64,000 nt of DNA from Balanoglossus misakiensis (GCA_040954595.2 JBECUI020000029.1:124001-188000); one strand, 5' to 3'; shown: positions 24,731 through 40,000, counted from the first letter of the stretch. The notes: generated by a model from the letters alone, not told the origin. Program-made: numbers and translations.

Positions 24731-25037
24731 ATAGGCAACATGAGTATCAAGTAGCACTATTTGTTTACGATTGTATTCATGAAAACTTCCCACTAACAAT
24801 TCCACAGTTAATATTGAACACATTTATCCAACAAGGTCAAAAGAAAAAGGGAATCTTCTGGTTCCAAAATACGCCACAAATGTGGGTCAACATACAGTGA
24901 AATATTATGGTGCTCAAATATGCAACATATCAAATCTGTCTCATCAAAGTCATGCTTTAAAAAAGAATTGAAAAGGTATTATTTATCCATTTGACTGCTG
25001 TATTTTCAGAAGGAAAACAAACTGAATTTGGTTTTTC

Positions 25038-28000
25038 AAGTACCTTATATTTTCTGTAAAATAGACATTTAATTGGCAAGCCGTCCTGCATCAATTATTA
25101 ATTGTGTACATGCACTAAAGCGCCCTCACTGCTGGGTGTGTTGTATGGTCTTTAACCCTGTTTCAAATTAGAGTACTTTCTGCAATTTCAAGACAGATCT
25201 TACGTGCCATTGGAGAGCTCCATTGACTGGTCATTCATACTGTTTTCATTCATTCATTGCGGCATCAATATATTTTATCTATTCTAGCCAAAGAGCTTGG
25301 CACCTGTTGAAATGAACTCATCTGCTGTGGGCCAGTTTATTGGTGGCAGTTGAGCTGAGGAGAGCACCTTCCTTCCCGGCACGCCACCAAGTAAAGTTCC
25401 ACGCCGCCCACCACAGATGCCAGCATTCATTCATGCGAGTGAGTGTAATTGCAAATTTGCCTATTCTAGATCTGTAATGGAAATGGAGAAAGTACCTTAT
25501 ATTTTCTGTAAAATAGACATTTAATTGGCAAGCCGTCCTGCATCAATTATTAATTGTGTACATGCACTAAAGCGCCCTCACTGCTGGGTGTGTTGTATGG
25601 TCTTTAACCCTGTTTCAAATTAGAGTACTTTCTGCAATTTCAAGACAGATCTTACGTGCCATTGGAGAGCTCCATTGACTGGTCATTCATACTGTTTTCA
25701 TTCATTCATTGCGGCATCAATATATTTTATCTATTCTAGCCAAAGAGCTTGGCACCTGTTGAAATGAACTCATCTGCTGTGGGCCAGTTTATTGGTGGCA
25801 GTTGAGCTGAGGAGAGCACCTTCCTTCCCGGCACGCCACCAAGTAAAGTTCCACGCCGCCCACCACAGATGCCAGCATTCATTCATGCGAGTGAGTGTAA
25901 TTGCAAATTTGCCTATTCTAGATCTGTAATGGAAATGGAGAAAGTACCTTATATTTTCTGTAAAATAGACATTTAATTGGCAAGCCGTCCTGCATCAATT
26001 ATTAATTGTGTACATGCACTAAAGCGCCCTCACTGCTGGGTGTGTTGTATGGTCTTTAACCCTGTTTCAAATTAGAGTACTTTCTGCAATTTCAAGACAG
26101 ATCTTACGTGCCATTGGAGAGCTCCATTGACTGGTCATTCATACTGTTTTCATTCATTCATTGCGGCATCAATATATTTTATCTATTCTAGCCAAAGAGC
26201 TTGGCACCTGTTGAAATGAACTCATCTGCTGTGGGCCAGTTTATTGGTGGCAGTTGAGCTGAGGAGAGCACCTTCCTTCCCGGCACGCCACCAAGTAAAG
26301 TTCCACGCCGCCCACCACAGATGCCAGCATTCATTCATGCGAGTGAGTGTAATTGCAAATTTGCCTATTCTAGATCTGTAATGGAAATGGAGAAAGTACC
26401 TTATATTTTCTGTAAAATAGACATTTAATTGGCAAGCCGTCCTGCATCAATTATTAATTGTGTACATGCACTAAAGCGCCCTCACTGCTGGGTGTGTTGT
26501 ATGGTCTTTAACCCTGTTTCAAATTAGAGTACTTTCTGCAATTTCAAGACAGATCTTACGTGCCATTGGAGAGCTCCATTGACTGGTCATTCATACTGTT
26601 TTCATTCATTCATTGCGGCATCAATATATTTTATCTATTCTAGCCAAAGAGCTTGGCACCTGTTGAAATGAACTCATCTGCTGTGGGCCAGTTTATTGGT
26701 GGCAGTTGAGCTGAGGAGAGCACCTTCCTTCCCGGCACGCCACCAAGTAAAGTTCCACGCCGCCCACCACAGATGCCAGCATTCATTCATGCGAGTGAGT
26801 GTAATTGCAAATTTGCCTATTCTAGATCTGTAATGGAAATGGAGAAAGTACCTTATATTTTCTGTAAAATAGACATTTAATTGGCAAGCCGTCCTGCATC
26901 AATTATTAATTGTGTACATGCACTAAAGCGCCCTCACTGCTGGGTGTGTTGTATGGTCTTTAACCCTGTTTCAAATTAGAGTACTTTCTGCAATTTCAAG
27001 ACAGATCTTACGTGCCATTGGAGAGCTCCATTGACTGGTCATTCATACTGTTTTCATTCATTCATTGCGGCATCAATATATTTTATCTATTCTAGCCAAA
27101 GAGCTTGGCACCTGTTGAAATGAACTCATCTGCTGTGGGCCAGTTTATTGGTGGCAGTTGAGCTGAGGAGAGCACCTTCTTTCCCGGCACGCCACCAAGT
27201 AAAGTTCCACGCCGCCCACCACAGATGCCAGCATTCATTCATGCGAGTGAGTGTAATTGCAAATTTGCCTATTTACGTGCCATTGGAGAGCTCCATTGAC
27301 TGGTCATTCATACTGTTTTCATTCATTCATTGCGGCATCAATATATTTTATCTATTCTAGCCAAAGAGCTTGGCACCTGTTGAAATGAACTCATCTGCTG
27401 TGGGCCAGTTTATTGGTGGCAGTTGAGCTGAGGAGAGCACCTTCCTTCCCGGCACGCCACCAAGTAAAGTTCCACGCCGCCCACCACAGATGCCAGCATT
27501 CATTCATGCGAGTGAGTGTAATTGCAAATTTGCCTATTCTAGATCTGTAATGGAAATGGAGAAAGTACCTTATATTTTCTGTAAAATAGACATTTAATTG
27601 GCAAGCCGTCCTGCATCAATTATTAATTGTGTACATGCACTAAAGCGCCCTCACTGCTGGGTGTGTTGTATGGTCTTTAACCCTGTTTCAAATTAGAGTA
27701 CTTTCTGCAATTTCAAGACAGATCTTACGTGCCATTGGAGAGCTCCATTGACTGGTCATTCATACTGTTTTCATTCATTCATTGCGGCATCAATATATTT
27801 TATCTATTCTAGCCAAAGAGCTTGGCACCTGTTGAAATGAACTCATCTGCTGTGGGCCAGTTTATTGGTGGCAGTTGAGCTGAGGAGAGCACCTTCCTTC
27901 CCGGCACGCCACCAAGTAAAGTTCCACGCCGCCCACCACAGATGCCAGCATTCATTCATGCGAGTGAGTGTAATTGCAAATTTGCCTATTCTAGAATTCT

Positions 28001-31000
28001 TACGTGCCATTGGAGAGCTCCATTGACTGGTCATTCATACTGTTTTCATTCATTCATTGCGGCATCAATATATTTTATCTATTCTAGCCAAAGAGCTTGG
28101 CACCTGTTGAAATGAACTCATCTGCTGTGGGCCAGTTTATTGGTGGCAGTTGAGCTGAGGAGAGCACCTTCCTTCCCGGCACGCCACCAAGTAAAGTTCC
28201 ACGCCGCCCACCACAGATGCCAGCATTCATTCATGCGAGTGAGTGTAATTGCAAATTTGCCTATTCTAGATCTGTAATGGAAATGGAGAAAGTACCTTAT
28301 ATTTTCTGTAAAATAGACATTTAATTGGCAAGCCGTCCTGCATCAATTATTAATTGTGTACATGCACTAAAGCGCCCTCACTGCTGGGTGTGTTGTATGG
28401 TCTTTAACCCTGTTTCAAATTAGAGTACTTTCTGCAATTTCAAGACAGATCTTACGTGCCATTGGAGAGCTCCATTGACTGGTCATTCATACTGTTTTCA
28501 TTCATTCATTGCGGCATCAATATATTTTATCTATTCTAGCCAAAGAGCTTGGCACCTGTTGAAATGAACTCATCTGCTGTGGGCCAGTTTATTGGTGGCA
28601 GTTGAGCTGAGGAGAGCACCTTCTTTCCCGGCACGCCACCAAGTAAAGTTCCACGCCGCCCACCACAGATGCCAGCATTCATTCATGCGAGTGAGTGTAA
28701 TTGCAAATTTGCCTATTCTAGAATCTTACGTGCCATTGGAGAGCTCCATTGACTGGTCATTCATACTGTTTTCATTCATTCATTGCGGCATCAATATATT
28801 TTATCTATTCTAGCCAAAGAGCTTGGCACCTGTTGAAATGAACTCATCTGCTGTGGGCCAGTTTATTGGTGGCAGTTGAGCTGAGGAGAGCACCTTCTTT
28901 CCCGGCACGCCACCAAGTAAAGTTCCACGCCGCCCACCACAGATGCCAGCATTCATTCATGCGAGTGAGTGTAATTGCAAATTTGCCTATTTACGTGCCA
29001 TTGGAGAGCTCCATTGACTGGTCATTCATACTGTTTTCATTCATTCATTGCGGCATCAATATATTTTATCTATTCTAGCCAAAGAGCTTGGCACCTGTTG
29101 AAATGAACTCATCTGCTGTGGGCCAGTTTATTGGTGGCAGTTGAGCTGAGGAGAGCACCTTCCTTCCCGGCACGCCACCAAGTAAAGTTCCACGCCGCCC
29201 ACCACAGATGCCAGCATTCATTCATGCGAGTGAGTGTAATTGCAAATTTGCCTATTCTAGATCTGTAATGGAAATGGAGAAAGTACCTTATATTTTCTGT
29301 AAAATAGACATTTAATTGGCAAGCCGTCCTGCATCAATTATTAATTGTGTACATGCACTAAAGCGCCCTCACTGCTGGGTGTGTTGTATGGTCTTTAACC
29401 CTGTTTCAAATTAGAGTACTTTCTGCAATTTCAAGACAGATCTTACGTGCCATTGGAGAGCTCCATTGACTGGTCATTCATACTGTTTTCATTCATTCAT
29501 TGCGGCATCAATATATTTTATCTATTCTAGCCAAAGAGCTTGGCACCTGTTGAAATGAACTCATCTGCTGTGGGCCAGTTTATTGGTGGCAGTTGAGCTG
29601 AGGAGAGCACCTTCTTTCCCGGCACGCCACCAAGTAAAGTTCCACGCCGCCCACCACAGATGCCAGCATTCATTCATGCGAGTGAGTGTAATTGCAAATT
29701 TGCCTATTCTAGAATCTTACGTGCCATTGGAGAGCTCCATTGACTGGTCATTCATACTGTTTTCATTCATTCATTGCGGCATCAATATATTTTATCTATT
29801 CTAGCCAAAGAGCTTGGCACCTGTTGAAATGAACTCATCTGCTGTGGGCCAGTTTATTGGTGGCAGTTGAGCTGAGGAGAGCACCTTCTTTCCCGGCACG
29901 CCACCAAGTAAAGTTCCACGCCGCCCACCACAGATGCCAGCATTCATTCATGCGAGTGAGTGTAATTGCAAATTTGCCTATTCTAGAATCTTACGTGCCA
30001 TTGGAGAGCTCCATTGACTGGTCATTCATACTGTTTTCATTCATTCATTGCGGCATCAATATATTTTATCTATTCTAGCCAAAGAGCTTGGCACCTGTTG
30101 AAATGAACTCATCTGCTGTGGGCCAGTTTATTGGTGGCAGTTGAGCTGAGGAGAGCACCTTCCTTCCCGGCACGCCACCAAGTAAAGTTCCACGCCGCCC
30201 ACCACAGATGCCAGCATTCATTCATGCGAGTGAGTGTAATTGCAAATTTGCCTATTCTAGAATCTTACGTGCCATTGGAGAGCTCCATTGACTGGTCATT
30301 CATACTGTTTTCATTCATTCATTGCGGCATCAATATATTTTATCTATTCTAGCCAAAGAGCTTGGCACCTGTTGAAATGAACTCATCTGCTGTGGGCCAG
30401 TTTATTGGTGGCAGTTGAGCTGAGGAGAGCACCTTCCTTCCCGGCACGCCACCAAGTAAAGTTCCACGCCGCCCACCACAGATGCCAGCATTCATTCATG
30501 CGAGTGAGTGTAATTGCAAATTTGCCTATTCTAGAATCTTACGTGCCATTGGAGAGCTCCATTGACTGGTCATTCATACTGTTTTCATTCATTCATTGCG
30601 GCATCAATATATTTTATCTATTCTAGCCGAAGAGCTTGGCACCTGTTGAAATGAACTCATCTGCTGTGGGCCAGTTTATTGGTGGCAGTTGAGCTGAGGA
30701 GAGCACCTTCCTTCCCGGCACGCCACCAAGTAAAGTTCCACGCCGCCCACCACAGATGCCAGCATTCATTCATGCGAGTGAGTGTAATTGCAAATTTGCC
30801 TATTCTAGATCTGTAATGGAAATGGAGAAAGTACCTTATATTTTCTGTAAAATAGACATTTAATTGGCAAGCCGTCCTGCATCAATTATTAATTGTGTAC
30901 ATGCACTAAAGCGCCCTCACTGCTGGGTGTGTTGTATGGTCTTTAACCCTGTTTCAAATTAGAGTACTTTCTGCAATTTCAAGACAGATCTTACGTGCCA

Positions 31001-34000
31001 TTGGAGAGCTCCATTGACTGGTCATTCATACTGTTTTCATTCATTCATTGCGGCATCAATATATTTTATCTATTCTAGCCAAAGAGCTTGGCACCTGTTG
31101 AAATGAACTCATCTGCTGTGGGCCAGTTTATTGGTGGCAGTTGAGCTGAGGAGAGCACCTTCTTTCCCGGCACGCCACCAAGTAAAGTTCCACGCCGCCC
31201 ACCACAGATGCCAGCATTCATTCATGCGAGTGAGTGTAATTGCAAATTTGCCTATTCTAGAATCTTACGTGCCATTGGAGAGCTCCATTGACTGGTCATT
31301 CATACTGTTTTCATTCATTCATTGCGGCATCAATATATTTTATCTATTCTAGCCAAAGAGCTTGGCACCTGTTGAAATGAACTCATCTGCTGTGGGCCAG
31401 TTTATTGGTGGCAGTTGAGCTGAGGAGAGCACCTTCTTTCCCGGCACGCCACCAAGTAAAGTTCCACGCCGCCCACCACAGATGCCAGCATTCATTCATG
31501 CGAGTGAGTGTAATTGCAAATTTGCCTATTTACGTGCCATTGGAGAGCTCCATTGACTGGTCATTCATACTGTTTTCATTCATTCATTGCGGCATCAATA
31601 TATTTTATCTATTCTAGCCAAAGAGCTTGGCACCTGTTGAAATGAACTCATCTGCTGTGGGCCAGTTTATTGGTGGCAGTTGAGCTGAGGAGAGCACCTT
31701 CCTTCCCGGCACGCCACCAAGTAAAGTTCCACGCCGCCCACCACAGATGCCAGCATTCATTCATGCGAGTGAGTGTAATTGCAAATTTGCCTATTCTAGA
31801 ATCTTACGTGCCATTGGAGAGCTCCATTGACTGGTCATTCATACTGTTTTCATTCATTCATTGCGGCATCAATATATTTTATCTATTCTAGCCGAAGAGC
31901 TTGGCACCTGTTGAAATGAACTCATCTGCTGTGGGCCAGTTTATTGGTGGCAGTTGAGCTGAGGAGAGCACCTTCCTTCCCGGCACGCCACCAAGTAAAG
32001 TTCCACGCCGCCCACCACAGATGCCAGCATTCATTCATGCGAGTGAGTGTAATTGCAAATTTGCCTATTCTAGATCTGTAATGGAAATGGAGAAAGTACC
32101 TTATATTTTCTGTAAAATAGACATTTAATTGGCAAGCCGTCCTGCATCAATTATTAATTGTGTACATGCACTAAAGCGCCCTCACTGCTGGGTGTGTTGT
32201 ATGGTCTTTAACCCTGTTTCAAATTAGAGTACTTTCTGCAATTTCAAGACAGATCTTACGTGCCATTGGAGAGCTCCATTGACTGGTCATTCATACTGTT
32301 TTCATTCATTCATTGCGGCATCAATATATTTTATCTATTCTAGCCAAAGAGCTTGGCACCTGTTGAAATGAACTCATCTGCTGTGGGCCAGTTTATTGGT
32401 GGCAGTTGAGCTGAGGAGAGCACCTTCCTTCCCGGCACGCCACCAAGTAAAGTTCCACGCCGCCCACCACAGATGCCAGCATTCATTCATGCGAGTGAGT
32501 GTAATTGCAAATTTGCCTATTCTAGATCTGTAATGGAAATGGAGAAAGTACCTTATATTTTCTGTAAAATAGACATTTAATTGGCAAGCCGTCCTGCATC
32601 AATTATTAATTGTGTACATGCACTAAAGCGCCCTCACTGCTGGGTGTGTTGTATGGTCTTTAACCCTGTTTCAAATTAGAGTACTTTCTGCAATTTCAAG
32701 ACAGATCTTACGTGCCATTGGAGAGCTCCATTGACTGGTCATTCATACTGTTTTCATTCATTCATTGCGGCATCAATATATTTTATCTATTCTAGCCAAA
32801 GAGCTTGGCACCTGTTGAAATGAACTCATCTGCTGTGGGCCAGTTTATTGGTGGCAGTTGAGCTGAGGAGAGCACCTTCTTTCCCGGCACGCCACCAAGT
32901 AAAGTTCCACGCCGCCCACCACAGATGCCAGCATTCATTCATGCGAGTGAGTGTAATTGCAAATTTGCCTATTCTAGATCTGTAATGGAAATGGAGAAAG
33001 TACCTTATATTTTCTGTAAAATAGACATTTAATTGGCAAGCCGTCCTGCATCAATTATTAATTGTGTACATGCACTAAAGCGCCCTCACTGCTGGGTGTG
33101 TTGTATGGTCTTTAACCCTGTTTCAAATTAGAGTACTTTCTGCAATTTCAAGACAGATCTTACGTGCCATTGGAGAGCTCCATTGACTGGTCATTCATAC
33201 TGTTTTCATTCATTCATTGCGGCATCAATATATTTTATCTATTCTAGCCAAAGAGCTTGGCACCTGTTGAAATGAACTCATCTGCTGTGGGCCAGTTTAT
33301 TGGTGGCAGTTGAGCTGAGGAGAGCACCTTCCTTCCCGGCACGCCACCAAGTAAAGTTCCACGCCGCCCACCACAGATGCCAGCATTCATTCATGCGAGT
33401 GAGTGTAATTGCAAATTTGCCTATTCTAGATCTGTAATGGAAATGGAGAAAGTACCTTATATTTTCTGTAAAATAGACATTTAATTGGCAAGCCGTCCTG
33501 CATCAATTATTAATTGTGTACATGCACTAAAGCGCCCTCACTGCTGGGTGTGTTGTATGGTCTTTAACCCTGTTTCAAATTAGAGTACTTTCTGCAATTT
33601 CAAGACAGATCTTACGTGCCATTGGAGAGCTCCATTGACTGGTCATTCATACTGTTTTCATTCATTCATTGCGGCATCAATATATTTTATCTATTCTAGC
33701 CAAAGAGCTTGGCACCTGTTGAAATGAACTCATCTGCTGTGGGCCAGTTTATTGGTGGCAGTTGAGCTGAGGAGAGCACCTTCCTTCCCGGCACGCCACC
33801 AAGTAAAGTTCCACGCCGCCCACCACAGATGCCAGCATTCATTCATGCGAGTGAGTGTAATTGCAAATTTGCCTATTCTAGAATTCTTACGTGCCATTGG
33901 AGAGCTCCATTGACTGGTCATTCATACTGTTTTCATTCATTCATTGCGGCATCAATATATTTTATCTATTCTAGCCAAAGAGCTTGGCACCTGTTGAAAT

Positions 34001-37000
34001 GAACTCATCTGCTGTGGGCCAGTTTATTGGTGGCAGTTGAGCTGAGGAGAGCACCTTCCTTCCCGGCACGCCACCAAGTAAAGTTCCACGCCGCCCACCA
34101 CAGATGCCAGCATTCATTCATGCGAGTGAGTGTAATTGCAAATTTGCCTATTCTAGATCTGTAATGGAAATGGAGAAAGTACCTTATATTTTCTGTAAAA
34201 TAGACATTTAATTGGCAAGCCGTCCTGCATCAATTATTAATTGTGTACATGCACTAAAGCGCCCTCACTGCTGGGTGTGTTGTATGGTCTTTAACCCTGT
34301 TTCAAATTAGAGTACTTTCTGCAATTTCAAGACAGATCTTACGTGCCATTGGAGAGCTCCATTGACTGGTCATTCATACTGTTTTCATTCATTCATTGCG
34401 GCATCAATATATTTTATCTATTCTAGCCAAAGAGCTTGGCACCTGTTGAAATGAACTCATCTGCTGTGGGCCAGTTTATTGGTGGCAGTTGAGCTGAGGA
34501 GAGCACCTTCTTTCCCGGCACGCCACCAAGTAAAGTTCCACGCCGCCCACCACAGATGCCAGCATTCATTCATGCGAGTGAGTGTAATTGCAAATTTGCC
34601 TATTCTAGAATCTTACGTGCCATTGGAGAGCTCCATTGACTGGTCATTCATACTGTTTTCATTCATTCATTGCGGCATCAATATATTTTATCTATTCTAG
34701 CCAAAGAGCTTGGCACCTGTTGAAATGAACTCATCTGCTGTGGGCCAGTTTATTGGTGGCAGTTGAGCTGAGGAGAGCACCTTCTTTCCCGGCACGCCAC
34801 CAAGTAAAGTTCCACGCCGCCCACCACAGATGCCAGCATTCATTCATGCGAGTGAGTGTAATTGCAAATTTGCCTATTTACGTGCCATTGGAGAGCTCCA
34901 TTGACTGGTCATTCATACTGTTTTCATTCATTCATTGCGGCATCAATATATTTTATCTATTCTAGCCAAAGAGCTTGGCACCTGTTGAAATGAACTCATC
35001 TGCTGTGGGCCAGTTTATTGGTGGCAGTTGAGCTGAGGAGAGCACCTTCCTTCCCGGCACGCCACCAAGTAAAGTTCCACGCCGCCCACCACAGATGCCA
35101 GCATTCATTCATGCGAGTGAGTGTAATTGCAAATTTGCCTATTCTAGATCTGTAATGGAAATGGAGAAAGTACCTTATATTTTCTGTAAAATAGACATTT
35201 AATTGGCAAGCCGTCCTGCATCAATTATTAATTGTGTACATGCACTAAAGCGCCCTCACTGCTGGGTGTGTTGTATGGTCTTTAACCCTGTTTCAAATTA
35301 GAGTACTTTCTGCAATTTCAAGACAGATCTTACGTGCCATTGGAGAGCTCCATTGACTGGTCATTCATACTGTTTTCATTCATTCATTGCGGCATCAATA
35401 TATTTTATCTATTCTAGCCAAAGAGCTTGGCACCTGTTGAAATGAACTCATCTGCTGTGGGCCAGTTTATTGGTGGCAGTTGAGCTGAGGAGAGCACCTT
35501 CTTTCCCGGCACGCCACCAAGTAAAGTTCCACGCCGCCCACCACAGATGCCAGCATTCATTCATGCGAGTGAGTGTAATTGCAAATTTGCCTATTCTAGA
35601 ATCTTACGTGCCATTGGAGAGCTCCATTGACTGGTCATTCATACTGTTTTCATTTATTCATTGCGGCATCAATATATTTTATCTATTCTAGCCAAAGAGC
35701 TTGGCACCTGTTGAAATGAACTCATCTGCTGTGGGCCAGTTTATTGGTGGCAGTTGAGCTGAGGAGAGCACCTTCTTTCCCGGCACGCCACCAAGTAAAG
35801 TTCCACGCCGCCCACCACAGATGCCAGCATTCATTCATGCGAGTGAGTGTAATTGCAAATTTGCCTATTCTAGAATCTTACGTGCCATTGGAGAGCTCCA
35901 TTGACTGGTCATTCATACTGTTTTCATTCATTCATTGCAGCATCAATATATTTTATCTATTCTAGCCAAAGAGCTTGGCACCTGTTGAAATGAACTCATC
36001 TGCTGTGGGCCAGTTTATTGGTGGCAGTTGAGCTGAGGAGAGCACCTTCCTTCCCGGCACGCCACCAAGTAAAGTTCCACGCCGCCCACCACAGATGCCA
36101 GCATTCATTCATGCGAGTGAGTGTAATTGCAAATTTGCCTATTCTAGAATCTTACGTGCCATTGGAGAGCTCCATTGACTGGTCATTCATACTGTTTTCA
36201 TTCATTCATTGCGGCATCAATATATTTTATCTATTCTAGCCAAAGAGCTTGGCACCTGTTGAAATGAACTCATCTGCTGTGGGCCAGTTTATTGGTGGCA
36301 GTTGAGCTGAGGAGAGCACCTTCCTTCCCGGCACGCCACCAAGTAAAGTTCCACGCCGCCCACCACAGATGCCAGCATTCATTCATGCGAGTGAGTGTAA
36401 TTGCAAATTTGCCTATTCTAGAATCTTACGTGCCATTGGAGAGCTCCATTGACTGGTCATTCATACTGTTTTCATTCATTCATTGCGGCATCAATATATT
36501 TTATCTATTCTAGCCGAAGAGCTTGGCACCTGTTGAAATGAACTCATCTGCTGTGGGCCAGTTTATTGGTGGCAGTTGAGCTGAGGAGAGCACCTTCCTT
36601 CCCGGCACGCCACCAAGTAAAGTTCCACGCCGCCCACCACAGATGCCAGCATTCATTCATGCGAGTGAGTGTAATTGCAAATTTGCCTATTCTAGATCTG
36701 TAATGGAAATGGAGAAAGTACCTTATATTTTCTGTAAAATAGACATTTAATTGGCAAGCCGTCCTGCATCAATTATTAATTGTGTACATGCACTAAAGCG
36801 CCCTCACTGCTGGGTGTGTTGTATGGTCTTTAACCCTGTTTCAAATTAGAGTACTTTCTGCAATTTCAAGACAGATCTTACGTGCCATTGGAGAGCTCCA
36901 TTGACTGGTCATTCATACTGTTTTCATTCATTCATTGCGGCATCAATATATTTTATCTATTCTAGCCAAAGAGCTTGGCACCTGTTGAAATGAACTCATC

Positions 37001-40000
37001 TGCTGTGGGCCAGTTTATTGGTGGCAGTTGAGCTGAGGAGAGCACCTTCCTTCCCGGCACGCCACCAAGTAAAGTTCCACGCCGCCCACCACAGATGCCA
37101 GCATTCATTCATGCGAGTGAGTGTAATTGCAAATTTGCCTATTCTAGATTCTTACGTGCCATTGGAGAGCTCCATTGACTGGTCATTCATACTGTTTTCA
37201 TTCATTCATTGCGGCATCAATATATTTTATCTATTCTAGCCAAAGAGCTTGGCACCTGTTGAAATGAACTCATCTGCTGTGGGCCAGTTTATTGGTGGCA
37301 GTTGAGCTGAGGAGAGCACCTTCCTTCCCGGCACGCCACCAAGTAAAGTTCCACGCCGCCCACCACAGATGCCAGCATTCATTCATGCGAGTGAGTGTAA
37401 TTGCAAATTTGCCTATTCTAGAATCTTACGTGCCATTGGAGAGCTCCATTGACTGGTCATTCATACTGTTTTCATTCATTCATTGCGGCATCAATATATT
37501 TTATCTATTCTAGCCAAAGAGCTTGGCACCTGTTGAAATGAACTCATCTGCTGTGGGCCAGTTTATTGGTGGCAGTTGAGCTGAGGAGAGCACCTTCCTT
37601 CCCGGCACGCCACCAAGTAAAGTTCCACGCCGCCCACCACAGATGCCAGCATTCATTCATGCGAGTGAGTGTAATTGCAAATTTGCCTATTCTAGATCTG
37701 TAATGGAAATGGAGAAAGTACCTTATATTTTCTGTAAAATAGACATTTAATTGGCAAGCCGTCCTGCATCAATTATTAATTGTGTACATGCACTAAAGCG
37801 CCCTCACTGCTGGGTGTGTTGTATGGTCTTTAACCCTGTTTCAAATTAGAGTACTTTCTGCAATTTCAAGACAGATCTTACGTGCCATTGGAGAGCTCCA
37901 TTGACTGGTCATTCATACTGTTTTCATTCATTCATTGCGGCATCAATATATTTTATCTATTCTAGCCAAAGAGCTTGGCACCTGTTGAAATGAACTCATC
38001 TGCTGTGGGCCAGTTTATTGGTGGCAGTTGAGCTGAGGAGAGCACCTTCCTTCCCGGCACGCCACCAAGTAAAGTTCCACGCCGCCCACCACAGATGCCA
38101 GCATTCATTCATGCGAGTGAGTGTAATTGCAAATTTGCCTATTCTAGATCTGTAATGGAAATGGAGAAAGTACCTTATATTTTCTGTAAAATAGACATTT
38201 AATTGGCAAGCCGTCCTGCATCAATTATTAATTGTGTACATGCACTAAAGCGCCCTCACTGCTGGGTGTGTTGTATGGTCTTTAACCCTGTTTCAAATTA
38301 GAGTACTTTCTGCAATTTCAAGACAGATCTTACGTGCCATTGGAGAGCTCCATTGACTGGTCATTCATACTGTTTTCATTCATTCATTGCGGCATCAATA
38401 TATTTTATCTATTCTAGCCAAAGAGCTTGGCACCTGTTGAAATGAACTCATCTGCTGTGGGCCAGTTTATTGGTGGCAGTTGAGCTGAGGAGAGCACCTT
38501 CCTTCCCGGCACGCCACCAAGTAAAGTTCCACGCCGCCCACCACAGATGCCAGCATTCATTCATGCGAGTGAGTGTAATTGCAAATTTGCCTATTCTAGA
38601 TCTGTAATGGAAATGGAGAAAGTACCTTATATTTTCTGTAAAATAGACATTTAATTGGCAAGCCGTCCTGCATCAATTATTAATTGTGTACATGCACTAA
38701 AGCGCCCTCACTGCTGGGTGTGTTGTATGGTCTTTAACCCTGTTTCAAATTAGAGTACTTTCTGCAATTTCAAGACAGATCTTACGTGCCATTGGAGAGC
38801 TCCATTGACTGGTCATTCATACTGTTTTCATTCATTCATTGCGGCATCAATATATTTTATCTATTCTAGCCAAAGAGCTTGGCACCTGTTGAAATGAACT
38901 CATCTGCTGTGGGCCAGTTTATTGGTGGCAGTTGAGCTGAGGAGAGCACCTTCCTTCCCGGCACGCCACCAAGTAAAGTTCCACGCCGCCCACCACAGAT
39001 GCCAGCATTCATTCATGCGAGTGAGTGTAATTGCAAATTTGCCTATTCTAGATCTGTAATGGAAATGGAGAAAGTACCTTATATTTTCTGTAAAATAGAC
39101 ATTTAATTGGCAAGCCGTCCTGCATCAATTATTAATTGTGTACATGCACTAAAGCGCCCTCACTGCTGGGTGTGTTGTATGGTCTTTAACCCTGTTTCAA
39201 ATTAGAGTACTTTCTGCAATTTCAAGACAGATCTTACGTGCCATTGGAGAGCTCCATTGACTGGTCATTCATACTGTTTTCATTCATTCATTGCGGCATC
39301 AATATATTTTATCTATTCTAGCCAAAGAGCTTGGCACCTGTTGAAATGAACTCATCTGCTGTGGGCCAGTTTATTGGTGGCAGTTGAGCTGAGGAGAGCA
39401 CCTTCCTTCCCGGCACGCCACCAAGTAAAGTTCCACGCCGCCCACCACAGATGCCAGCATTCATTCATGCGAGTGAGTGTAATTGCAAATTTGCCTATTC
39501 TAGATCTGTAATGGAAATGGAGAAAGTACCTTATATTTTCTGTAAAATAGACATTTAATTGGCAAGCCGTCCTGCATCAATTATTAATTGTGTACATGCA
39601 CTAAAGCGCCCTCACTGCTGGGTGTGTTGTATGGTCTTTAACCCTGTTTCAAATTAGAGTACTTTCTGCAATTTCAAGACAGATCTTACGTGCCATTGGA
39701 GAGCTCCATTGACTGGTCATTCATACTGTTTTCATTCATTCATTGCGGCATCAATATATTTTATCTATTCTAGCCAAAGAGCTTGGCACCTGTTGAAATG
39801 AACTCATCTGCTGTGGGCCAGTTTATTGGTGGCAGTTGAGCTGAGGAGAGCACCTTCCTTCCCGGCACGCCACCAAGTAAAGTTCCACGCCGCCCACCAC
39901 AGATGCCAGCATTCATTCATGCGAGTGAGTGTAATTGCAAATTTGCCTATTCTAGATCTGTAATGGAAATGGAGAAAGTACCTTATATTTTCTGTAAAAT

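Larger units (their letters stand above)
16885..25037. mobile_element. 8.15-kb multi-gene cassette, copy 1 (split Sola1-like transposase, wH-SET, His-Me endonuclease)
   Basis: Non-satellite block with transposase genes, repeated almost identically at 48915-57072 with the same junction positions in the satellite monomer. No TIR or TSD seen at its edges. Confidence 0.85.

Noticed and set aside
17614-24900. Short overlapping or antisense ORFs in the cassette (e.g. 19649-20005, 20067-20387, 21497-21847, 22596-22808, 23992-24900)
   Set aside because: Shadows of real genes or motif-less ORFs, many with non-ATG starts.
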